Shown: positions 53,019 through 64,000 of the stretch, piece after piece
How the letters are laid out: each line of letters opens with the position of its first letter
Position numbering within the stretch: the first letter of the stretch is position 1
Assembly (NCBI GenBank): GCA_012295275.1
Contig: CM022670.1
Span: 9,982,001-10,046,000 of the forward strand
DNA: 64,000 nt
Source of the DNA: Chrysomallon squamiferum
Taxonomy: Eukaryota > Animalia > Mollusca
Direction of reading: 5' to 3'
Notes under the pieces: model-generated
Databases searched by the model: none
Seen by the model: the letters and a program-made list of their open reading frames with translations, nothing else
What the model was told of the DNA's origin: nothing
Position numbers and translations under genes: made by a program

Positions 53019-53981
53019 CATGCATGTAAATGATATGCAAGTATTTGTGTTCATACAGAGCCATGTTTTAAGTATGATTTATAAAAGCTCAAATTTCAAA
53101 AAACAGTTCTTCATATTTGCTTCCATTTTCTATCATTTTTATTCCAGTCAGTATATTGTTTAGCAATTAGAAAAGCTTTTATATATTAAGAAGAATCCAA
53201 AATGAGTGTATAAATGTTTTATTATAATTATTAATTAGAATAGAGTATTTTTATTGGCTAGTTTTAATTCTTTACATAATATGTGTAATATGTTTACAGT
53301 AACATTTGAATATACGAACTAAAAAAATTACAATTGTTTGGTTACATAAATGTGTGTATAAATTCATCATTTAAATTAGTTGAATTATTTAATGAATGTT
53401 GATTGTATTTGGAATTCATTTAGAAACAATAAATACTTAAATTTCATCTGTTGATATTCATATCTAGGAACAGTTGTATTTATTTCCTTTTATCTGAATT
53501 AAGTAAAAGTAAATATAATTAAATAGTTTGGGGAAAAACACACCAAAAAATCATACAATATTTATTTAAGACAGAAATAAATTTAGTTTGAGTAATGATA
53601 ATATTTGTAATGTTATTTCTCAGACATTTTATTTTTATTTTTGATATTACAAAAGGATATCCCACATTCTCTAATTTTTAAAATCTTGTATTTAATGTAT
53701 AGAATCCTTTTCTTTGGTTTGTCAAGCACCATACATATAATTTCAAAACTAAAAGCAGTGTCAGGTTGTTTATGTCAGTGACTGGATGTTTTATTTATTT
53801 TTGGTGTCAGCTTCTTATACGACAGTAAAATCAACCACTTGACACAGAGGCTGCCATTTTCAATCTGTATTATTCTGAACTTCATTTGTGTAAAAATAAA
53901 AAAAAATCATAAAAATCCATATATTTGATTATATGGCCGTTTTTACACAATCCATTATTTTTAAAATTTATTTATTTGTTA

Positions 53982-54017
<36 letters not shown>

Positions 54018-56399
54018 CATTATTATTAAACAAATTATTTATCTATTATTTATTTTATTTTTTTATTTTATTTCTTTATTATTATTTTTTTATGGACAGT
54101 CACAAAAAGCACTGAGAAAAAGGACAGAGAATTAATATTCTTTGGCTTTTAATTTTATTGTATCATTTATTATTAACAAAGGTTGATATTAATAACAAAT
54201 AAAACCAACAAAAGGAAGTATATGAAATGTTTGTTCATGCTGCCAAAACTTCAGTCATATCATGCAGGCTGTGTAAACAGCCAAGTGAAAAAGAAGAAAT
54301 TTGGTGCCTTGAAACAAGTTACTTAGTTAAAAATAGAAATTACTTCAATTGATGATGGTAGTTTTACATTATCAGTAATACAGTAGACAGATTTCTGAAA
54401 ATATTAAAAAATAATGTCAAAATAAAATTAAAGAGAATTGTTTGCTACGAATTTTTTTGCTTCAAATAAAAAAATTTATATGTGAAATTGGCGTTATTTT
54501 GTTTGATATATATATATATATATCTATTATTATTATTATTATTATTACTACTTTCATATTGTTAATCTAATTTTATCTTTAAATAAGAATACTATGGGAA
54601 GTTTACATACAATTATATAGTCATTTTTATTGTCACCATTACACATAATAATTTTATATAATTAAAAACATTTAAATGGAATTTTTTTATTATTTTATTT
54701 TTTTTTTTTCATATCCACCCCCAGAAATTATCACAAAAAAAAAAAAAAACAGCAACTATATTAACAATAAATTTTGTTTATTTCAACACAAAAAATACAT
54801 ACATTGCAACTTGTTTTTATTATAATATAATACATATCTGCAAAGCACATCAACATTATATTATACTACACACTAAACAATTGATATTTTACTGATAGTG
54901 TTGACATTCCAGAAATCAGAACTGTTCCATTTCAAACTGCAGTTTTCCCAGAAGTAATCTGTGTTATCGTTTTTTTTAGTTTTTTTTATTAATTATGTGT
55001 ATTATTTAGATGAATCATGTTTTGTTAAATAGGCTATATTTAAATTCACTCTTTGTCCATTGGAAATTAAATAACAATATAAATGATGAAGAGCATGTAA
55101 AAACAATATTCATACTCAGTAAGTTAACAATAACAATAATAATAATAATAAATAATTAATAATGATGATGATGATGATGACATAATGATATAATAGTAAT
55201 AGTAACAACCCATACCTATTGAATAATATATTCCAAACTTCAAACTACATTATTTCTTCACTTTTAACTTCCTTTTGTACACATTAACACATTAATAATC
55301 TCCAATATCTTCACTATAATGCAAACAATTTATTTTCATTTACCATCGGGTTTTTATAATATTTTAAAGCTTGCTTCATTTACTGTATGAAAATTGCAAT
55401 AACAAATAGAACAAGAGGGGAAAAAAGCTTGCAGCTTTAACAATAACAGAACACTAATCTTAACTATTACCTCAAAGAAAAAAAAAATATTTATTTCTGT
55501 TAACACATGGTATATATGATATTTATGTTACTAGTAAATTTATATTAATTATTGTTTTTTTGTTTGAAATATTTTTAAACTTTAATTTTTAAAATTATTA
55601 TTATTATTATTTTTTTTTTTCAGCTAATTAAACAAAAAATATAACAGAAACTTAAAATACTGACTCACCGAAAGTTAAAATAAACAAATATTCATGAAAT
55701 CATTTCTCAACAAATAAAAAAAGACAGGAACAATTTTTAAGTTATTATTATTTTTTTAATGTGTAACTTAAACTGATATAAGCACTGATATAGGCACAGT
55801 TATCATTTTTTTAACAGCATTACATAATGAACTCTCGATTTAATGAAAAACGGTAAAAAGTAATAAATGTTGTTTGTTGTATTTGCCTTTTATAACCTGG
55901 AGTTTACATGACACAGTCAACGTAATTTGGTGATATCTTTTTCTTATTATTCTCACCACACACATCCACACACATGCACATATATACACAAACCTACATA
56001 GATATACAGATATATATCAGATGCTCTTAGCATGAGCAATAACACCACAACAAAACACTGGATCATGTTTTACTGAAAACAATTACAAGACCTCTGGAAG
56101 CTGTAGGACATGAAAAAAAAAAAAAAAATCCCCAAAACAATGGTCAACAAATGCTTTCAGAAAAGGTGATACCACTTTGCTATATTTAAAAATACGTCCG
56201 ATTCAAAAAAATAAAAATACATGTTATACACACATACATATAATAATAGTATATAATTTATATAATATAATAATTTCAGCTGGCCAGAAATGTTATTATG
56301 CACTAAAAGCATGATGTCTCTTCACCTGCATGTGACTATTACATTTTCTGAAAGAACGAGTCAGTTTACAAGTTTTTGAATTGTACACACACCGAGTAA

Positions 56400-56556
56400 T
56401 TCAACATTCTGTGACATTAAGACAACATGAACTAAGATTTGGGGCTGGATTCAACATTCTGTGACATTAAGACAACATGAACTAAGATTTGGGGCTGGAT
56501 TCAACATTCTGTGACATTAAGACAACATGAACTAAGATTTGGGGCTGGATTCAACA
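56400..56556. repeat. Perfect 50-bp tandem repeat x3
   Basis: TCAACATTCTGTGACATTAAGACAACATGAACTAAGATTTGGGGCTGGAT at 56401, 56451 and 56501, plus a partial copy at 56551. Confidence 0.95.
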
Positions 56557-56731
56557 AGTGAAAATAAAAACTAACATGTTAATATAGTGTGCAACACCTT
56601 TCCAGCTTTCATTATCTACCTGTTTCTGGAGTCTGATACACTTTGTAAATAGTCATTAGACCTTTTAGAAGCATTATGATTTTTTTTAACCATAAAAAAA
56701 AAAAAAAAAAAAAATTATAAAAAAAAAAAAA

Positions 56732-56767
<36 letters not shown>

Positions 56768-57278
56768 ATAAAAAAAAAAATAAAATAAATATAAAATAAT
56801 AAAATGACTGAAACAGAACTATTTATTCCTTAACTATCAAACCTGCACTTTTTGTCTCCTGACTAGATTCCAGCCTTATAATACTTTCAAAATCTGAGAA
56901 CTTCGGCAGTAAAGGTTTTACAAACTCATCTTTGGTTGCAAAACTGTATTTTGATTGGAATTTTGAGACACTGAGGTGGATTAACTATCACAAACTGATT
57001 ACATTTAACATTACTGTGAGTACTGCGAAACAACAAAATGCTTTCATTCAAGGTAATTAATTGCACAATGCTTCACTGCAGAGAACAAAAATTCAGATGT
57101 TTATAAAATTTTTGAGTTAATAAAACTAAATGCTTGCTTCTACAGATCATTTAAAGAATGTGTACCCTATGAAAAGTTTCACTTTTACATTTTAAAATAA
57201 TACGAAATACATCAATTCTCAATTTATACAAAAAAAAGAATAAATAAAAAAATAAAATAAAAAATTTGTTTTTAAATA

Positions 57279-57321
<43 letters not shown>

Positions 57322-58595
57322 AAATAAATAAAATAAATAAATAAATACAATAAAATAAAAAATTAAATGACAATAAAAAAAAAAACTAGAGTCAAACAAT
57401 TTACAGTTTGATATTTCATTAAAGTCTTTATTTTAATAGTTCAGATGTTTTGTTTAAAACTGATTTTACTATGTCTAACACACAACAGAAATTTATTTAA
57501 CAGTTTTTGATTACGTAATTTTATTTGATCAAAACTAATTTTTAAAATCAGTTAAGATGTATTGTATAGATTTTCAAACTTCTACTGCAGTTTCCATATT
57601 TTTGAAAAGAATGAATAAACTGAATAAATAAATACTATGTATGCTTTATCTTTCTAATATAAACTCTTCTTTTGAAAAGTACACAAAACTCTTCAGTGTA
57701 GATATATTTAGTTTTGTTCAGTAAGCAAGTCATATTTATTGTGTAACAAACAATAAGAATAACATGATGACTGAATTGTACAAATGAAAACCTAACTTAT
57801 AGTAACATTTTCACTACTGACTATAATTTATGTGTTGTCAAAATGAAATTCAGTTTCTTAGGAGTTTTTATTTAGTTAGAATAAATATCCTTTATGCAAT
57901 AAAATAAAAATGTCATTTCCAGCATGTAAATTTAACTTGTTTGATATACAATATTCAGAGATTAAACATTTTCAATGTTTATATTTTCCATAAATATGTA
58001 TAAAACATTTCTGGGATTTCAGGGTAAAACTGACCTTTTTCTCAACAAAATATTAAACATTTTAAATTATGAAATGAGAAAAAATAATAAACAATAGTAT
58101 AAAACTATAACATCTTAGAAAAAGAAAGTGAAAAAAACAAAACATAAACAAAAAATAAAATAAAGAATTAAAATATAGAATTTTGAGAGGAAAAAACAAA
58201 ACAAAAAGAATAAATTGGGGGGAAAACAAATAGTCATAAAACAATGTAAAACATGGTAATGAAAATAAATAAAAATGAAAATAAATAAAATTTAAAATAA
58301 AACTAGAAATATGAAAAAAACCCCAAAAAAAACAAAACCAAAAAAAACCCAATAAACAAACCCCTCCCTCACACAAAATGTAACAAAAAAGAAAAAAAAA
58401 CAAACAAAAAAACAGAACAAAATAAAACTAAACTGGTCGTAAAACTTAAATATATTTTTTTTAAACTTTCTTCTTGGCACTGTTTATTTTTTGGTCTGAA
58501 TAGTGAAAGTATTTCAGTTTTATTAAAAATCTCTTATCACAATCACACAGTTTTTTTGTTTTCCTCCCAAGTGAACCATTACAAACAGTTTATCA

Positions 58596-61500
58596 TCAAG
58601 ATATTCCAGAGGTGGGTCCCAAGCGTTTCAGCAGCGGCCTGTCATACACCCAGTGTTCACCCACTTCGTGGAAATACTGCAAACAGAAACAAAAACAGTT
58701 TAAACTCCCGAAGTTAGTTTTATTCCTCAAACTGTCGCATTCCTCTACATCTTCCTTTTGACTTATCCATCTGAAATTCTTTATTCTGTACTGATTTGAA
58801 ATCTTTGTCTCTATGATTCTAAAAAAACTTTGCTTGGAAATACATTTCAGTAAGGCAGAATCCCTGTGCGTTTATTTAAGCAAATAGGAAACAAAAAATA
58901 AATACTATTGGAATTAGGGAATATTAGCAATTTTGTAATGATATATTAATTAGTGTATTTTTAAAGTAATTGATATTTATTTTATTAGATGTCAACAATA
59001 GGGTTTTATGAAATTGGAGAGACTATACTGTTAATTAATTTAATTAAATATAATTGTTACAACACTAAACTCAACTCAGGTAATTAAAAATTATTATTTT
59101 CATATTAACACAGACATTTTTAGTAATATTCCAACACTATTTAATATCATCAAAAAGCTATTAAAAGATTTAAATTTCAATGTTACTGGCTATCCAATAT
59201 CAAATACCTGTGTTTGGTAAAACTGCACACCAAGTAAAATTTAAAATTTAAATTTAAATTTCAAGTTATACTCTCACCTTGGTCTCCCACTTCAGACCTT
59301 TTTCTTTTCTTTCCTTGGCTTCCTCTCTCTGTCTCTGCTCTAGATAGTGTTTGAACTCTGTTGCCTTTTCAACATCCTTCTTCTTCAGGTAAAATGTAAC
59401 ATCCTTCCACAATCTGAAAAACAGTTATAAAAAATACACACATCTGAGAAACATTCTTTAAACGTTTTTGAAATGCTTGCATCACACCCTGTCCTCTATC
59501 ATTCAGACTATTTTATATAGTATTAGAATACAGAATATTAACAATTATGTAATTATATATTAATTAATGCATTTTTAAAGTAATTGTAAAGAAAAAGTTT
59601 AATTACAATACAAACGTAAAAAGGATACAAGTTCAGACAAACACAGAAAAATAAAACATAATAGTGGATCAATACACAATCACATACATACAGAAAAATC
59701 TGTAAAATTAGTTTATGTTAATATAAAATACCTTCTAGATTCAAACTCTCCTTGCTGTTCTCGAGGCAGGACTCTCTTCTTTATTATAGGTATGCTTTTT
59801 GTGTCCACAAACACTTCACTTTGCTGAAATAGTCAAAGTGTCTAATTATTTACTACATAATAATTACATGGAAATATAAGTAATTTTTTTACTTTTTTAA
59901 AATACAAATATGTTTTCAAATTAATATTTTTCTGGTTTTATTTTTAAATCTAGTAGGTTCCTTTAATTTAATTTTTGATGAGATAAAGTATTTTTTTTAG
60001 TTTCCATTAAATGAGAATTTATTAACATTAATGAGCAAATGTTAAATAGCATATAAAACAAACTTAAAAATAAAATAATAAATAAACTAACTATTAGTCT
60101 TATATTATCCAGAGATATTCTTCTTATATTATTAGTAGTAAATATTGGGAGTCCAAAAACTGGAAATTAACTCTATAAATAAACAAATAAATGCAATTGT
60201 TCAGTGTAAATAGTTGCATATTTGAATGTTGTTTTAACATACCCCAGTGCTGTATGTTGCAAACATCACACCATTCCATTCACCTTCTATTGTTACAAAT
60301 GGATTCTTTGCTTCAGGCTCAAAGATCTTGGCAGTTATTCGGTTTTTCTTACCTCCGTAAAAAGGCTGAAATTTAATTTAAACACACTTAAAATACACCA
60401 TTCATTTAATTTAAATTAAATAACATAATTTCAAATGATTGCATTATCGATATAAATTTTTCATCTACATAAATGTGTATCATATGTGTGTTTGCATGTA
60501 TGTGAGTTAAAGAATTTTGTTTACAGGAATTTGTCAATTTTTTTATAGCTCATATACTTGTATATGTTTTTATTACAATTATTATTATTATAATTTTTTT
60601 ATTTTTTTTTATTTATTTATTTATTATAATATATTTATTTATTTCTTACCTTAGTAAGAAACTCTACTATGGCACTGTATCCTGTTTTAGCACAAGATAT
60701 TTGAATTTTACCTCCAAGTTCTATCCAAGGAACTGTCAAGATTGATCTAAAACAAGAATAATAATGAAAAATATAATTATACAAATATTTAACTGACCAA
60801 GATATTTAACTTTATTATTAAAAATAAAATACCGTGACAAAAATTATATAACAATGGTAACAAATATATATTATTAAATAATAAATAATAAATAATAGAT
60901 TATTTAAATAGAAAAAATAAACTTTAATGATTTAAATACATATAACACTGCTTTATTAACATGCAAACTATAAACTTATATTATTTAAATACAAATAATA
61001 AAATTTGGTTATTTGAAAATAAATAATTAATTTATATTATTTCAAAATTAACCTATAAATAATACATTTTTATGATAAACTATTACTATTAAAATAATTT
61101 TATTAAGGTTACAGTAAAATGATTTGCAGTATATTTCAAAATAATTCTAAAAAATATAAAACATTAAAATATCAGGACAAACTTTTATTACTAAAACATT
61201 AATATCTTTCTATTTATATTTACAACAAACTTTTAATAAAACATGATATCTTTCTAATTGCTATACAACAAACTTTAGTACCTAAGATGTATATTATATA
61301 ATCTCTAATTTAACAGATAATAAAAAAAATATGTTAGGATTTCTTAAGTAAATTTATTTGATGTAGTGATAGAATTCTAAATAACACATATATATACACT
61401 GGTAATCTACCTTCCATATCCATTTGGAAAAGTAATAGTGTACTCTTCATCTCTCCCAATCACAGATATAACAGCCTGGCCTATCATGTGCACTCCTATA

Positions 61501-63860
61501 GACAAACCCAGAAACTTTGACTTGGTCCAGATGTAGCCATCTAAACTAATTTTCTTGTTGTAGTGTTCTGCGTAAAATGCTGAAACTGGAGAAACATTTC
61601 AAACTGTGGTTATTTTACCATGTATAATAAATCTTGTGTTATTCTTGAATGAAGAAGAAACTTTTGATTATTTGTTCTCAAGTGAACCATGGTAGCCATT
61701 TTACTGTGTTGTAATTTTTTTTCTAGTTGTATTTTTAAAGGGAATGTTAATCTTGTAATTCTTTTATACAACAAACACTGGCTGGCTCTTTTCAGGTGCT
61801 GAAATTTCCTTTTTGCTCTTTTAGTACATGTACAAGAATATTTATCCTGTAAGTATGAGACCAGAACTGACCAAGGATTAGGAATCTTTCTGGTTTTAAG
61901 GGACAAAAACTTAATGTAATTTATACTTAAAATGTAAGACAAACAATGGAAAGTAAGGAAAGAATACAATTAATTCCAGTTTTGGGGAAACAAATAAAAA
62001 ATCTGGTTACATGTATTTTACAATGAAGACTTGGTGAAGGATATAAGTCAATTCAAAACATTTGATGTCTTTAATGTTATACTGAAATACATTTACTGTA
62101 ACTAAGAAAAAATGTTCTTGGACATTTAATTATTTATACTGGTTGTGAAAGACAAATGACTTAATGACTGTTAATATTTCACAGTTATGTTTTAAAAAAT
62201 GTACTTACTAGGTGGATGATGTGAAACTTGTTCGGCAATAAAAGCCAGGTTATCCTTTGAAGACCACGGCAAAGGTCCATCCTCCACAGTCTCCTTCAAC
62301 AAGAATGTACGTTTTTATAGAGTGTATATGTAATTATAGCTGTAGATATCTGCAATACTTTTACTATAAAGACTGAAATTTTAAACATATCTACATCATT
62401 TATATATTTTTCTATTTATGTGAAATATGCAGATATATTTGGGAATGCTTATAAACTAGTAAATTACGTTAAAATATTGTGTGTCTACCTCTGACTATTT
62501 TACTGTTCAATATTTCAGAAGACAATTCTCATGTAAATATTATTATATTAACAGTAAGTGACCATATTTGAAAATTAATGTGAAACAGGTGCCAAATACC
62601 TTCTCTTTTTTTTTTTTTTTATATTCTTTCATTTTTACCAAACAATTTTGAATCAGAGGAGAAAATTTACTGTTGCCATTCTTTGGGATACTTTTATCGA
62701 CTGTTTTAAAGAATCTTCCACTGCAATGGAAATTAACACAGCACATATATATACATACTAGGAGTTATTTATATGTACAAAGTGTGTATTTACTTTGCTG
62801 GTTCCTGTTTCTGGAAGGCTCCACACACACTGGAATGTCTCTCCTATGATTGGGTTGTAAGGTTTTTTAGCCACAGATGTGTTTCTGCCTGCATGAAACG
62901 CTGACAGGTACCATCGAACCACCTGCACCATTCTCTCTCCTGGCGTTTCTAAATCTGCTATTCTACAAAAAGATCATAATAACAAAACTGGATGATGATA
63001 ACGATTATGGTAATGATGATGATAATGATGATGATAACGATGATGAAGATATAAAAAAATGTTTACATGTTAAGAACTGAAAATTATATTTTAATTTAGG
63101 CTGCTGTGATACAATCTCATCTCATCTTATTAAATAAAAATAATAATAATGATGATGAAGATGAAATGTTAGATACATAATTATGCAACCAGTAGCATAC
63201 AAACTTGTTTCCCCAGTTCATACCATCCATAAATGAAAAATAAAAAATCTAAATTTTTTTTTTTTTTTAAATTCAGTTTTTAAAGGCTGACAATACATGC
63301 ATCAATACAACACAATAGAAAAGGTTAATTATATTTTATTATTTGAGTTAAAACAGGGCAAACTCAAATATTCCACTGAGAACCAGTTCACCATGTATGA
63401 TCACAGAAGAATAAGATAATAAACCATCCCAAATATTCCAAATATGTCACATCTCAAAAAGAACACATAAATGTTATTTCTATCTTATCTCTTAACTTGA
63501 ATTAAAAAAAAAAAATTTAAAAAAAAAAAAAAATCCCAAGAATTATAAGAAAATAACAAAAAATACTGAATAATTTACATTCAGTTTTATCATATCTATC
63601 TCCTTGTTAAAAGAACAGAAAAAAAAAACAACACGTAATATTTGTTAAAAAACGTCAGGTATTAATTTACGAGAACAAAAACGTTTAAAACTCTTACTTT
63701 ACAAAGAGATCGGGATGTGCGAAGAAGTCAGCAAACATCTCCAGCAACGACCTCCTCTCCAGGATGAATGTGGGGAGGACAACCTTGGTCAGGTCCATGC
63801 CAATACGGACCTGAGATAAAAGGTGAGCAATAATACTGCCATGCTGTTCCAGTGAGCCCA
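58596..63860 (-). CDS. OSBPL9: Oxysterol-binding protein-related protein 9 (ORP9), 3' nine exons encoding the ORD domain; the 5' part lies beyond the window end
   Basis: Exons (minus): 63860-63698, 62962-62794, 62293-62209, 61585-61411, 60746-60650, 60365-60243, 59823-59732, 59413-59278, 58676-58596 (TGA). All GT-AG and phase-consistent. [81 protein letters not shown] (OSBP signature), [28 protein letters not shown]. Confidence 0.95.
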
Positions 63861-64000
63861 CTGAAAACAATCATTTTTACAGTGATAGCAATTTTATTTA
63901 AAATTGTTTTGTATTATTATTATTATTATTTTTTATTTATTTTTTTTTTTTTCAGATTAATACTGTCTTTTTATGTCAATATTTTAGAGGCCCTGAAAGC

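Noticed and set aside
61610-61969. 119-aa minus-strand ORF within OSBPL9
   Set aside because: Lies in an intron between two phase-matched ORD exons (EQVSHHPP|ISAFY) and has no recognisable homology.

Overview
Very AT-rich, microsatellite-laden, intron-containing animal DNA (invertebrate; a lophotrochozoan/mollusc origin is my inference from gene families and composition). Three spliced genes were reconstructed by hand. (1) A complete 9-exon pancreatic triacylglycerol lipase-family gene on the minus strand (CDS 5710->1194, 487 aa, intact Ser-Asp-His triad, full lid, PLAT domain). (2) Head-to-head with it, a ~40-kb receptor-type protein tyrosine phosphatase gene on the plus strand (8177..48183). 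Its ectodomain is signal peptide - EGF - kringle - 5 x MEGF10/Draper-type EGF repeats, followed by tandem D1 (active) and D2 (pseudo) PTP domains; it has a 23-kb first intron and one GC-AG intron. Two expected exons, the transmembrane exon and one D2 exon, are corrupted or missing right next to local tandem-repeat arrays. (3) The 3' half (ORD domain) of OSBPL9/ORP9 on the minus strand (63860->58596), convergent with the PTP gene. No prokaryotic systems, CRISPR arrays or RNA genes are supported. The most interesting items are the kringle(RGD)-EGF-RPTP architecture and the repeat-associated exon damage, which may be an assembly artefact or real.
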